Numbered from the stretch's first letter, positions 41,615 through 56,070 are shown. The stretch: DNA of 64,000 nt from Octopus vulgaris (GCA_951406725.2 OX597842.1:3968001-4032000), one strand, 5' to 3'. The notes: generated from the letters alone by a model not told the origin. Translations and numbers: made by a program.

Positions 41615-41880
41615 GAAAACGAGGTTCAAGGACTGCCTCAGAATTGCTCTCACGCAGACAGGAGTTTCAGTTGTTGATTGGGAGAGGAAGACACAAGACC
41701 AAGATGGATGCAGACAGAAAGTGATTGTACAGTGATTGTTCGAAGTTTGAAAGAGAGAAAATGAAGCATGAGAAGGATAAGACAAGGGTTAGAAGGAAGG
41801 ATCCTTTTGTGTGTGTGATTTGTGGGAGGAAATGCTTGAGGTGTGCAGGCCTGGTCGGCCATCAGAGAACTCACGGGAAT
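41615..41880 (+). mobile_element. RTE-type LINE 3' remnant with C2H2 finger
   Basis: RFKDCLR..WE..; FVCVICGRKCLRCAGLVGHQRTH. Confidence 0.7.
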
Positions 41881-42507
41881 CAACCCATTGGATGCACAGA
41901 CATAAGAATGTTATGTCTAAGAAGAGCCGGAAAATACTGTTACACAATATAATAATGAAACAACAAAATGACGTAAGCCAACTTCATAGCGGGAACTCCG
42001 TGGACATAGTGTAGTCTCTGATCATATATTCCACTTATGCATATTGATTGCGTATGCAGTCCATAATTGCATGTATCTGCAGTCCACGATGGGGTGTAGA
42101 ATAGAGGGATTGAATGGGCTGCAAATCAATCAACCGATATCCTGTAGAATGCCTCAATATCTGGCTTTTGATAGGTTTTGTTGTGGTTTCATCCCTCGGA
42201 TAGCAATACGTGTGGACAGGCACAAATTGGTACTTATCACTCTTTAAGGAGTATACAATGGCCAAGGGGTATCTCAGTGATGTTGGTAACTTGTGTAGCG
42301 GGGTGTTTATAAGAATGGGAAGGTTCCGGTTATTTATCTATACAATTAAATAAGCTGGGATTATCAATTTAGACAGGGATTACGCTAATTCATGCCTGCT
42401 GTATTGTGCGAAAGTGCATTTACAAGCATACAAGCATCGTCTGAGTCTTTTTGAAATTCTACGGAGCAGACGATGGAAATCGATCGGTTTGGCAGTTTGA
42501 AAAGAAT

Positions 42508-42589
<82 letters not shown>

Positions 42590-42599
42590 ATATATATAT

Positions 42600-43045
42600 A
42601 AAATACAAAATGGGACAAGAACACAAAACATCCGGACAACTAGGTGATACAAAAAGGGACAACAAAACATCCAGATAGACGATACAAAGAAAACAACAAG
42701 GACGAATCATTCGAAGCCTTTTTATCCTCAGTCAAGAACCGTATCATCCTCGCAATTTCGGCTGATTAATCTTGAGATTGCTCCAATCTGGCCAGTCCCA
42801 AGGAAAAAACTAAGCGAAGAGCATTAGATTCCTCGGAAAAAAGCATCGAATGTATACGAAAACAAGGACGGAAAAAAACATACGATGTTACACGAAAATA
42901 AATACAAAAATACAATAAAAATAATAATAGTAATAATAATAATAATAACAGGACATAACAACAGGCGTCTTTCGACTGGGGACGAAATGAATTCAGCTGG
43001 CGTGTGTGGAAATGAAGCCTTGCAGCAGAGATACAAAAACTTTCA
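42600..43045 (+). repeat. Interspersed repeat family F
   Basis: Collinear with 17690-18047. Confidence 0.85.
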
Positions 43046-43293
43046 AGAGAGAAAATATGTAAAAACGCACATGAGGTTTGTATAGTAAAATTTATGCTAA
43101 TATTAAGATTATAATGAAAGAAAGAGTTTCAGCCGATTGAAATCTAAGACCTTGGGAGCGTAAGATGCGAAAACGGTACTCCCAGTTTATTATATAATGT
43201 TGTAATACAACTCTTTGTTTCATTATAATCTTAATATTAGCATAAATTTTACTATACAAACCTCGTGTGAGTTTTATATATTCTTCTTTCTTA
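43046..43293. repeat. Inverted repeat, ~80-bp arms with ~80-bp spacer
   Basis: GAGGTTTGTATAGTAAAATTTATGCTAATATTAAGATTATAATGAAA and its exact reverse complement at ~43218-43264. Confidence 0.9.
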
Positions 43294-43464
43294 AATATCT
43301 ACAACCACGTAGAAACAAGATCTGGCACCTTTATGTTATATATATATAAACAGGCATTTATATTTATATAAGGTCATAGTAGGGTATAAATATAAGGCAT
43401 TCTCAATGAAGCACGCAACCCGAGTTGCGAATCAAGAATGTCTGGAAGACGCACAATGTAAGAG

Positions 43465-43611
43465 CACATCTTTGATGCAACTCTGATGATATGCCACTCT
43501 GATGTCTAAAGCCGCAAATGCTACGTAAATTTTCACTTCGAACATTTGCGTAAGCTGGCATCACAAGCAGGGTTCGTACAGAAACAATTGTAACGAATCG
43601 TTAAAGATGTG
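43465..43611 (+). ncRNA. Type I hammerhead-like motif with long stem II (probably decayed)
   Basis: CTGATGA at 43483-43489; GAAA at 43581-43584; palindromic ACAATTGT with GUA; distal stem I CACATCTTTGATG/CGTTAAAGATGTG; ATGCCA/TGGCAT and CGCAAATG/CATTTGCG in stem II. Proximal stem I is poorly paired. Confidence 0.6.
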
Positions 43612-43644
43612 TCACAGTCTTTCTTTATCATATTATTGAGATTT

Positions 43645-43711
<67 letters not shown>

Positions 43712-43713
<2 letters not shown>

Positions 43714-43987
43714 AGATTCCCCTTCGGTCATGACTGACCGTGAGATTGCACCTAGAAAGTTACCCTCCGAGGCACAAGTTCGGGCAAGGTTGTTTATGGA
43801 AGACCAGCAGTCGCCCATGCATACCGGCCTCCCCTCTCCTGTGACGTCGCAACTCATTTCTACAGCTGAGTGAACTGGAGCAACGTGAAATAAAGTGTCT
43901 TGCTCAAGAACACAACACGCAGCCCGGTCCAGGATTCGAACTCACAACTTCACGATCGTAAGCTCGACTCTCTAACCAATGAGCCAT
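43712..43987 (-). mobile_element. SINE with D-like head and a different tail
   Basis: Shares AGCTGAGTGAACTGGAGCAACGTGAAAT..GCTCAAGAACACAAC with D, with a distinct 3' part. Confidence 0.75.
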
Positions 43988-44128
43988 ATATATATATTGA
44001 TAAAAATGGTAAGATAATAAGAGAATGAAAGAGGCCAGGAATTTATCTGTAAATGTAATATGTGATAATTATTCGGTAGCCATGATAAATCTCCGAGTCA
44101 TTTTTCATAGCATTTTTCCGATGGCCGC

Positions 44129-44187
44129 ATAACTGAAGAGATAGCGGCGTGGATTTCCACCTCGGCATCCGAAACACGGAGTTTTAT
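44129..44187 (+). ncRNA. Type I hammerhead-like motif within a 220-bp (TA)n-flanked element
   Basis: ATAA/TTAT stem I; CTGAAGA at 44133-44139; imperfect stem II capped by GTGG-attt-CCAC; GAAA at 44171-44174; AC..GT stem III; GUU triplet. Confidence 0.6.
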
Positions 44188-44218
44188 CATAGCTACCAAA
44201 TAATTGTCACATATTACA

Positions 44219-44262
<44 letters not shown>

Positions 44263-44344
44263 CATTTATTAATCCATACATACATACATACATACATACA
44301 TACATACATACATACATACATAATTATATATGTATAATATTTAT

Positions 44345-45030
<686 letters not shown>

Positions 45031-45115
45031 TGTATAAAGAAATCAGCAATATATTATGTAAGTATATTTATTTCATTTGTAAGCTTATATTCATTTTACG
45101 TTTCATTCCTGTCTG

Positions 45116-45150
<35 letters not shown>

Positions 45151-45184
45151 TTCCCCAACAGAGACACACACCGATACCTACCTA

Positions 45185-45224
<40 letters not shown>

Positions 45225-45572
45225 CACACACACACATACACACATATGTATATATGTGTATAGATCTTTTGTTACGTGGCATTTAATAATGTTAAGTAGT
45301 AAAGACAAACTTATATCAATCTGCATTGGCGACCGACTATGCACGTGGCAACACGCGTTCTAGTAATTATAACAGTTGGTGTTTGCTGCTAATGTCGTTA
45401 ACTTTGTAATCATATGTACGATTCGATAACATTGCTTTGGCAGAACATGCAACAGCTGTTGATATCTGGTGCAGTGTTGAAGCGCGGAAGCTTTGAACGG
45501 GGAAGAGTCTCGGGAAAGACGACAAAAAATGCATTAAGTTTCACAGAAATTATACCTACACACAGACAGACG

Positions 45573-45669
<97 letters not shown>

Positions 45670-45702
45670 GACACATACATACATACATTGCCACACGTAA
45701 GT

Positions 45703-45739
<37 letters not shown>

Positions 45740-45914
45740 ACACACACACACACCCTTATACATACTAATACATACACCAACCCTATACATACACACATCC
45801 AGACCCCTCCCACGCACTTTTAGCTGGTCCCTCAACCCTTTTATCAACCCTATTATCTCCCCTTATTTCGCTCTCGCGTCTCATGTTTGATCTTTGACCT
45901 CTGGCCGAAATCAG

Positions 45915-46126
45915 ATCGCCATGTTGATTCGTTAGCTACTGCACGCATTTTTTTCTCTCCTTCTTTCTGTGTTTTTCTCTCTCTGTGTATCTTTCTGTTG
46001 AAGAGCGTAGGCTCGAAACGTTAAAGACTTGTTTTATTTATATTTCCTGAGCGCCATACTAATACAATTGTTCGTTTGTTTTCCACCTGCCTTCGTCTTT
46101 TGTTTATTTTCATAAAGCTTCCCGTT
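45915..46126 (+). mobile_element. Family E copy with hammerhead-like motif at 45990-46027 (core CUGUUGA-A, GUU)
   Basis: TCTTT-CTGTTGA-A-GAGCgtagGCTC-GAAA-CGTT-AAAGA. Confidence 0.75.
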
Positions 46127-46151
46127 ATATATATATTTATATATATATATA

Positions 46152-46234
46152 CCGGAGTAAACACATAAATGTGAAACAAGGTGGAAAAAAGAGTACTCAA
46201 ATACCAGTGGTAGAGTAATATGCCTTAAATAAAG
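46152..46234 (+). repeat. 83-bp (TA)n-embedded repeat G, second copy
   Basis: See 30524-30606. Confidence 0.9.
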
Positions 46235-46268
<34 letters not shown>

Positions 46269-46317
46269 CACATATATACATACATATATATACACACATA
46301 TATACATACATACATAC

Positions 46318-46374
<57 letters not shown>

Positions 46375-46613
46375 AAATTAAGAGGAATTTGGGACAAAAG
46401 AAATAGTGACTACGGGAATTGTTATGCTAAATGTATGTTTAGAATAATAATGTAAGAATAGTGTATTTAGTTAAATAGATGTGTGTATACATATGTATGC
46501 ACATTATATGCATATGTGCATGTATGTATTTTGTATCTATGTATATATTTATATATATATTTGTATATATATATATGTATATATGTATACGTATACGTTT
46601 ATATATATGTATA

Positions 46614-46666
<53 letters not shown>

Positions 46667-46811
46667 ATATATATTACACATGTGCATTTTATACCTGTGC
46701 GAGATTTTATGAAAAATGATATATAGGTGACATATAAATACATGCGTATCTATGTATGTATGCACATATACATATACGCATACATGTACGTATATATAAA
46801 TATGAATATAC

Positions 46812-46891
<80 letters not shown>

Positions 46892-47141
46892 AAATATACA
46901 TGCATGTATATATGTATATTCATGTATGTTTAAGTTTGTACGTACGTGTATATATTTGTTTGTGTGTATATAAATACATTTTTGTATACCTATTTTTATT
47001 TCTATAGGAACATACACACATATGGTATATATACATACATACAAACGGTGCGCACGCACACACTTAATCGCAATGAAAAAATAACATCAATATAACGAAA
47101 ACACGCAAAGAAATATTCTTCTCACCCAACACACACACACA

Positions 47142-47193
<52 letters not shown>

Positions 47194-47752
47194 CCCACAC
47201 AAACAAAAGAACAAACACCAATACACCCAGTAAACGAAATTAGTAGAATAGCGTTCATTACTGCATCGTTTGGCTGTTCTTTATTCTGTTTACATCCCCC
47301 CGACTCCTGTCCCTCCCCTTCATCGTTCTATCGTCTGTTTTATATTTTGATAGCTGCCATATTGAGTTAGCGTAAACGCGTGAACACCTTCTGTCTTACA
47401 TTAGGGAAGTGAATTGACAGTGGGGCAAAATCTTCGTTTCTTTTTTGTACATATATATTTTTTTTTGTATATATGTATTGTATTTTTTATATAGTTTTCT
47501 CTTTCTGTTGCTTCTTAATGGAATAAAATGATTAATATAAATATATACATACGTATATACATACCTATATAACTTACATATTCGTACATGCGCACATATA
47601 TACTTATACACATATGCATTTACACACACATTTTTATGCATTCGTATACATATATAAACACGCACATATATATTCATATGCATATGTATGTATGTCTATA
47701 CATATCTATATATGTATAGCATGTATATATACATATGCATATATACATGCAG

Positions 47753-47802
<50 letters not shown>

Positions 47803-48687
47803 ATGTGTGTGCATGTGTATGTATGTATGTATGTATATATGTATGCATGTATGCATAAATACATACATATGTGTGTGTGTGTATGTAAGCATAATGGTCT
47901 TTTGAAAACTTTCATTTCGCAAGTACGAAGTTTCGATCGTACTGCTTGGTATCAATGTCAAGGCAAAAGTTACTTTCTTCTTCTTCTCCTTCTCCTCGTG
48001 TTTCTTCGTCTTTTTCTTCATCTTCTTCGTCTTCCAATTCTTGTCTTCCTGCCCCCCTTCCACTTTTTCTTCTTTGTCTTTTTCTTCATCCACTTCTTCG
48101 AATTTTTCATCCTTTTCTTCTGCCTATTCTTCTTCTTCTTCTTCTTCTTCTTCTTCTTCTTCTTCTTCTTCTTCTTCTTCTTCTTCTTCTTCTTCTTCTT
48201 CTACTCCTTCTTCTTTCGTTGTGCTAGTATAAATTCCAGTGTATATCTTATGTCCGTAGACTTAAACAGGTCATCCAGTGTCAAAGAAGTCCATTATTTC
48301 TTTCACAACTCCACATTTTACGTCCGAAAAAAAACATTTGTTCTTGTTCAAAAATTATGAGGAGGTTTCTGTTTCTTAAACAATACATTTATTTTTCTTT
48401 GCAATTAAAGAGGAAAAACATTTCTTCCAAATTAAAAGATATTGTGTTACCAGCGAAGTGGGATTGGAACGAAACAAATAAATAATTTGCTTCCCCTAAG
48501 AATTTCCACATTAAATATAGCGCTAATTTCACATACAGGCGTGACTATGTGGTAAGAAGCTTGTTTCTCGACCACATGCTTCCCGGTTCAATCACACTGC
48601 GTGACATCCTGCGTAAGTGATTTCAACTATAGCTTTGGTATGACCAAAGCCATGTTAGTGAATTAGTTTGACGAAAACTGAAAGAAC

Positions 48688-49214
48688 CTAGTTGCAAAAC
48701 ACCGTCCAATGGACGGTGCTGAATCATATCTGCTGAATAAAAAGCAATCAGTGTTTTCTTTTCATTAAAAAATGATTAAGCATGCTTTTATTTCAATAAA
48801 ATCTTTGGTTTTGTTAAACGAAGTAAAGGCAAAAAAAAAACTTCTTGAGAAACCAAATAGTCTTTCCTTTCTTCATGCCAAGTTTGAAGAAAATATCTCT
48901 TTTACATCTTACTTTTTTGGTCTCTTAAATATACTGCATTTTGTGGCATTATTTTTAAGCCAGCCGGCATTTTTTGCGCAAACTGCACGTGCATTTTTCT
49001 CGCGTATGTGTAGTATCGATCGCAACATCTCATGTACTTGCGCGTACAAATGCACGTTCCCACGGCTTTATCGATCGCATTCTCACCTAGAATCGATTTT
49101 TGTAACAAGACTTATACTCGCCCTGATACCGTCGGCATCTACATATCAAATTTGAGCGCAATCGGATGGAGGATGCCCGAGATCCTAGAAGACACAGACA
49201 GACTGATCGGATTT

Positions 49215-49222
<8 letters not shown>
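48688..49222 (-). mobile_element. Non-autonomous Helitron
   Basis: CTAG at 48688-48691 beside hairpin CACCGTCCAATGGACGGTG (48700-48718); the other end has CAAATTTGAGCGCAATCGG..ACAGACAGAC..TTTATATA. Confidence 0.7.
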
Positions 49223-49253
<31 letters not shown>

Positions 49254-49549
49254 TAGCACAAGGGTGTGTTTATACTCAGCAACATGTTTGAAAATAGACG
49301 CTAAAATCTCTATAAGTCACTTATTATTTAACTCTACTTTCGGGGTTAAATAAGTTGCTTATAGAGCTTTTAGCATTTTATAAATGTATGTATGTATGTA
49401 CACACACACACACACAAATATATTCAAACATATAATCATATATATATTATATATATATATATATATATGTACATATATGCACACAAACACACACACATCT
49501 ATGTAAATATATATATATATATATAAATTATATATATATACATAAAATC

Positions 49550-49709
49550 ATAATTAAGGGTTTCTCAGAGATACCACCATGCTAGATATAAGAGCCAAAC
49601 CACATTAAATGAACATTTAATGTGGTTTTAGAATCAAGGTGGTATCTCTTGGATACCCTTAATTATAATTTTAATAATAATTATTACCTATGAGGTTTTT
49701 ATTCTCATG

Positions 49710-49759
<50 letters not shown>

Positions 49760-49972
49760 TCGTATTTAAAGTACCGATCCTATCAGGTGGTTAGCATGAG
49801 AATAAAAACCTCATAGGTAATAATTATTATTAAAATTATAATTAAGGGTATCTAAGAGATACCACCTGGACTCTAAAACGACATTAAATGTTCATTTAAT
49901 GTGGTTTTAGAGTCAAGTTTTGGCTATTATATCTAGCATGGTGGTATCTCTTAGATACCCTTAATTATAATT
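49550..49972. repeat. Nested fold-back (inverted arms that are themselves palindromic)
   Basis: 49550-49711 is inverted at 49793-49972. Each arm carries TAATTAAGGG..GAGATACCACC in both orientations and a CACATTAAATG-n-CATTTAATGTG hairpin. Confidence 0.85.
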
Positions 49973-50514
49973 ATATATATATATAAACCTAAATAGTAGT
50001 CATGGAAACATGTGAAATTTACCTGTTTCGCCGTAGAAAGAGAAAAATTATGAACAGCTTGCATCGATTTTTGACCCTTATTGGTGTCTACAGCGCTTGG
50101 CCAATCCTACAGAACCAAATAGCCAGATGTGTGTGCGCATGTGCGCATTTGTGTTCGTAGATGAGATTTTCCCACACATAACGACGTTACGAGCCACGTG
50201 TGTCTTTTCCTTTGTTTATTGTTAATAAAGATCTTATAATACAAACTGACCTCTTTATCGACCCACACTACTCAAAGCTTTGTTTTTATATAGCTTACGT
50301 AAAATCTAATACTTCTATCTTTTGTTTTTTACTTGTTTCAATCACTGAACTGCGGTCATGCTGGGGCACCACCTTGGAAAACCTTTACTTGATTGAGTTA
50401 CCCCAGTACTTTTTATTGCAGTCGAGGATTTATTTTGTCGGTCACTAAACGCTCACTGATGTACTCTTAAGCGGCTTACACACACACACACAAACATATA
50501 TGTACATATAATCA

Positions 50515-50545
<31 letters not shown>

Positions 50546-50609
50546 TTGTGTGTGTGTATTTATGTATACACACACACACACACATATATGCTAATATATA
50601 TATACATAT

Positions 50610-50817
50610 ATTCTTTTATTTGTTTCAGTCATTTGACTGCGGCCTTGCTGGAGCACCATCTTTAGTGGAACAAATCAACACCAGGACTTATTCTTTGTAA
50701 GCGTAGTACCTATTTTATCGGTCTCTTTTGCCGAACATCTAATTTACGGGGACGTGAACACACCAGCATCGGTTGTCAAGCGATGTTGGGGTTGGGGACA
50801 AACACAGACACACGAAC

Positions 50818-50850
<33 letters not shown>

Positions 50851-50867
50851 CATATACATACACACAA

Positions 50868-50912
<45 letters not shown>

Positions 50913-51400
50913 TATCACCGTGACCGACCAGATCATCAGATGTTGCTACACATCGCTGGTCACAATGCGTTTGCATTGTTTTAGCCTTCGAACGACGCCA
51001 GCCCGCTGGCTAAGCGAGCAGGCCAACAGAAGAAAGAGTGAGAGAAAGAGTGGTGAAAGAGTACAGCAGGAATCACCAGCCCCTGCCGGAGTCTCGTGGA
51101 GCTTTTAGGTGTTTTCGCTCAATAAACACACACAACGCCCGGTCTGGGAATCGAAACCGCGATCCTCCGACCGCGAGTCCGCTGCCCTAACCACTGGGCC
51201 ATTGCGCCTCCACATATATATATATATATATACATACATATATATACGACAGGCTTCTTTCAGTTTTCATCTACCAAATCTACTCACAAGGCTTTGGTCG
51301 GCTTAAGGCTATAATAGAAGACACCTGCCGAAGGTTCCACGCAGTGGGACCGAACTCAAAACGATGTGGCCGAGAAGCAAGCGTCACACAGCCACGCCTG
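50610..51400 (-). mobile_element. SINE B split by a SINE C variant (50915-51213)
   Basis: B 3' half at 50610-50815 and 5' half at 51245-51400; C head at 51030-51213. Confidence 0.8.
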
Positions 51401-51899
51401 AACATATTTTTTAAGAAATAAAATATATTTCTTCACAAATACAAAAACCAAGTAAAAAAATAAAACTCCCCATTCTGCCACCACCACCACCACCACCACC
51501 CCGCCCCACATTACATCTCGTACACATGGTAAGTTACTATGGCGACCAGCCCGTCTTTTGCTTTGGGGTGCTGCACAGACTGTAAGTCCTATTTCTGCGC
51601 ATGTTTGCACATTGTGGTTTTTTCCCAAGTCTTCCTATGAGAATTAAACACAAACAATTTTTCACAAAGCAAATAATTGAACACAACAAAAGGACGTATG
51701 CAAATATGGAGACAGACGGAAGAATACGAAGTCAGCCTCTGTTCTATGAAATATCACCGAATATGGTGGCTCTATTAATTAACGTCTTATATTTAAAGTC
51801 ATAATGACGACACAGAAATATTAAGTTAATGAAAAACGCCGACAGTGTCTCCCCGTGTTGGTGTCTTTTTAACATGGGCTTGGTGTTGTCGTCGCTGAG

Positions 51900-52672
51900 G
51901 ATGGCGGTGGTGGTGGTGGTCGTGGTGGTCGTGGTGGTCGTGGTGGTGGTGGTCGTGGTGGTCGTGGTGGTCGTGGTGGTGGTGGTGGTGGTGGTGATGG
52001 TAATGGTGGTGGTGGTGGTGGTGGTGATGGTGGTGGTGGTGGTGGTGGTGGTGGTGGTGGTGGTGGTGGCGGTGGTTGTGGTTGTGGTGGTGGTGGTGGT
52101 GGTGGTGGTGGTGGTGGTGGTGGTGGTGGTGGTGGTGGTGGTGGTGGTAGTGGCGGTGATGGTGGTGGTGGTGGTGGTGGTGGTGATGGTGGTAGTGGTG
52201 GTGGTGGTGGTGGTGGTGATGGTGGTGGTGGTGGCGGTGGTTGTGGTTGTGGTCGTGGTGGTGGTGGTGGTGGTGGTGGCGGCGGTGGTGGTGGTAGTGG
52301 TGGTGGTGGTGGTGGCGGCGGTGGTGGTGGTGGCGGCGGTGGTGGTGGTGGTTGTGGTGGTGGTGGTGGTGGTGGTGGTGGTGGTAGTGGCGGTGATGGT
52401 GGTGGTGGTGGTGGTGGTGGTGGTGGTGACGGTGGTGGTGGTGATGGCGGTGGTGGTGGTGGTGGTGGTGGTGGTGGTGGTGGTGGTGGTGGTGGTGGTG
52501 GTGGTGGTGGTGGTGGTGGTGGTGGTAGTGGTGGTGGTGGTGGTGGTGGTGGTGGTGGTGGTGGTGGTGGTGGTGGTGGTGGTGGTGGTGGTGGCGGTGG
52601 TGGTGGTGGGTGGTGGTGGTGGTGGCGGCGGTGGTGGTGGTGGTAGTGGTGGTGGTGGTGGTGGTGGTGGTG

Positions 52673-52703
<31 letters not shown>

Positions 52704-53424
52704 GTGGTTGTGGTGATTGATGATGGTGGAGGTAATAGCAATGGTGGTAGTGGTGTTGAGGAGGGCGATAGTGATATTGGTGATGGTGGGAGTTGTCTTG
52801 ATGGTGGAGAAGAAGGTGGTGGTGGTGGTGGTGGTGGTGGTGGTGGTGGTGGTGGTGGTGGTGGTGGTGGTGGTGGTGGTGGTGGTGGTGGTGGTAGTGG
52901 CGGTGATGGTGGTGGTGGTGGTGATGGTGGTGGTGGTGGTGGTGGTTGTGGTTGTGGTGGTGGTGGTAGTGGTGGAGGCGGTGGTGGTGGTAGTGGTGGT
53001 GGTGGTGGCGGTGGTGGTGGTGGTGGTAGTGGTGGTGGTGGTAGTGGTGGTGGTGGTGGTGGTGGTAGTGGCGGTGATGGTGGTGGTGGTGGTGGTGGTG
53101 ACGGAGGCAGGAGGAGGTGGTTGTGGTGATTGATGATGGTGGAGGTAATAGCAATGGTGGTAGTGGTGTTGAGGAGGGCGATAGTGATATTGGTGATGGT
53201 GGGAGTGGTGATGGTGGTGGTGGTGGTGATGGTAGTGGTGCTGTTAGTGGTGGTGGTGACGGTAGTGGTGATGGTGGTGGTGGTGGTGATGGTAGTGGTG
53301 GTGGTAGTGGTGGTGGTGGTGGTGGTAGTGGTGGTGGTGGTGGTGGTGGTGATGGTAGTGGTGGTGGTAGTGGTGGTGGTGACGGTAGTGGTGATGGTGG
53401 TGGTGGTGGTGATGGTAGTGGTGC
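51900..53424. repeat. 1.5-kb imperfect (GGT)n tract with an internal ~88-bp duplication
   Basis: GGT/GTG units; block GGTGGTTGTGGTGATTGATGATGG..GATGGTGGGAGT at ~52702 and ~53116. Confidence 0.95.
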
Positions 53425-53497
53425 GGTGTTTCCTTTACGTATTGTTTTCGTTGAGTTTTTTTCCTTGTCGCCATATCGAAGCCGCTGACTTTTACAT

Positions 53498-53529
<32 letters not shown>

Positions 53530-54079
53530 ACGCGACGTGTGTATGTATGCATATGTATGTATGTATATATATGTGTAGGTGTAAATGTATATATATATAT
53601 ATATAAATGTAAGTATATATATATATATATAAATGTATGTGTATATATATGCATATGTGTATTTATATGTATATATATGCATGTATATGTGTAGCTGCAT
53701 ATGTATGCATATGTATCTATGTATATATGTAGGTGTGTATATATATGTATATGTATCTATGTATGTATGTATAAGTATGTATATATATATATATATACAT
53801 ATAGACATACATATACATGCATATATATACATACATGCATATATATATATATATATGTATTAATGCAACAAATGTATGTGCGCACTTTTACATATATAAA
53901 CGTACACATAATGCAAACATACATACACGCAATCATACATAAAAAACAATCATATCTGTCTGTGCGTCGGTGTGCAAACGTCATCCGTTTTATCTTGTCA
54001 ATTTTGGAAGAGCAGAATTGTCGGTTTTTGTCTTGTAATGTTTAATTTGGCCTGCTGGCATCCTTATCATTGTTGTGGC

Positions 54080-54130
<51 letters not shown>

Positions 54131-54322
54131 CATTGTGATCTTCAGCGTTACCATCATCATCATCTTCATCATCATCATCATCTTCATCATCATCGTTGGC
54201 AGCAACGGCGCCGTCAGTTTCGGTATTGCTATTTACCACCATCATTTTCATTGTCAACGTCGTCTTTATTTCTTTTTTGCCTCCTCCTCCTCCTCTTCTT
54301 CTTCTTCTTCTACTTCTTTCTT

Positions 54323-54364
<42 letters not shown>

Positions 54365-54615
54365 CTTGTAGCTGTTGTTCTTGCTTCCACTCTTGATCAT
54401 TCAAGTTTACGAATTTAATCCAGAACGGGAGAGAAGGAAGGCGATGAAGAGAGAAGCAAGAAGAAGAGAAGAAGAAGAAGAAGAAGAAGAAGAAGAAGAA
54501 CAAGAAGAACAAGAACAACAACAACAACAAGAACGACGACGACGACAACAAAAACAATAATAACAATATAAGCAAACATATGCGGAAAAAACACGTTTTT
54601 CAAAACCATAACGGT

Positions 54616-54683
<68 letters not shown>

Positions 54684-54905
54684 TGTTGTAGTAATGATAA
54701 TAAACTACTCGCCAATCGTCGTCCACCCCGCTTCTTATCCAGCAAATTATGTTTGCACAATAGATTTCAGTAATTATAACATAGAAATTAATATTGTTTG
54801 TTCCTCGTGTTGTTGTCGTTAATATACATACATACATACATACATACATACATACATACATACATACATACATACATACATACATACATACATACATACA
54901 TACAT
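54080..54905. repeat. Compound simple repeats (AGT, CAT, TTG, GAA, GTA, TACA)
   Basis: Direct reading. Confidence 0.95.
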
Positions 54906-55558
54906 AGACATACACATATATACACGTATATATACATAGATACACGAAGTGGTGTTATCGTCTGCTTCAATCAAACAAAAACAAAAATTGCAAATGGCGA
55001 CTGTCAGACGACAGAATTTCGTTCTTCTCTAAACATACACTGTTTAAACAATTCGTTAAAGGTTTACAGGCGTCGGTGAGGAAGAAAGAAAGACGGAGAG
55101 GATAGAGAGAGACGTTGTTAGTTGTTATTCGTGTTCTTTATTTCTTTCTTCGATGTTATTCTATTAATTATCATTTCAAATGATATGGAGATGTTTGAGA
55201 GATGTTTCGGCGATGTATCAGATCTGTTTGCTCATCTTTTTCGTCACTTACAAAACCAAATGTTTTCAAAATGAAAGATCTCCAGATTTTTGTGGTTCAA
55301 TCAACTAACATAAAACAGGAAGAACACATAATCGAACAGAAAAAAAAAGGAGAGGTAAAAAGAATTATAAAGTGGTAAAAACGGACAGAGATAGCAGCAG
55401 AAACAGAAATGCCGATATAGTGACATCAACATATTTTCAACGCTTACACATACACGTACATGATCTATACATAAAGACACAGCGTATTTGAGGTAAATTT
55501 TGTAAAACAAAAAGTACAATCATGGCTTTACCTGTTACTAGTTTCAGCAATTGGACCA

Positions 55559-56070
55559 CCGTAAATCCTCGAGTATAATCCGCATTTTTTTCCAAAAATT
55601 TAAAGGTCAACATCCCTAGTGCGTACTAGATAGAGGTTAAAAATGAAAATTATTTTCTAAGCAATGTCTGAGTCTCTATTTGCTGTCCAGCAATATTTAT
55701 TCAGACGCATTTTGTGATGTCGGGTGTGAAAATACCTTAAGCTAAGCCTGAAAGCAATGAAGTCATAAAAGAATCATCCATAACTTGCAGTAAGCAACAT
55801 TTATTAAACGTTATTACTGTTATTTCTTAATTTTCTGCAAACAAAATGCACAAAAAAAACTACACGTTTGCATTATGTTATATATACAATAATAATAAAG
55901 GACATTACCGTGTACATTTTTACAAACCAAGGACGTTATATAGACCTCCTTGACTCAAGTTAGAGAAAGGGTGCGTATTATACACAAGGTTTAGGTTTTT
56001 CAGAGGTAGAGCCCCCTAAAAATCCTCTGCGTATTATACTCAAAGGTGAACTATACTCGAGTATTTACGG
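55559..56070. mobile_element. Tc2/pogo-like MITE
   Basis: CCGTAAATCCTCGAGTATA and TATACTCGAGTATTTACGG-TA termini; subterminal TGCGTATTATAC repeats. Confidence 0.8.

Noticed and set aside
41725-41952. C2H2 zinc-finger gene exon
   Set aside because: A single finger directly following RTE-type C-terminal motifs; better explained as a LINE end.
51826-53832. 668-aa His/Pro-rich ORF and overlapping poly-Val/Gly ORFs
   Set aside because: Translations of a (GGT)n tract plus TA/TG repeats, open in several frames on both strands, with no domain or splice evidence.
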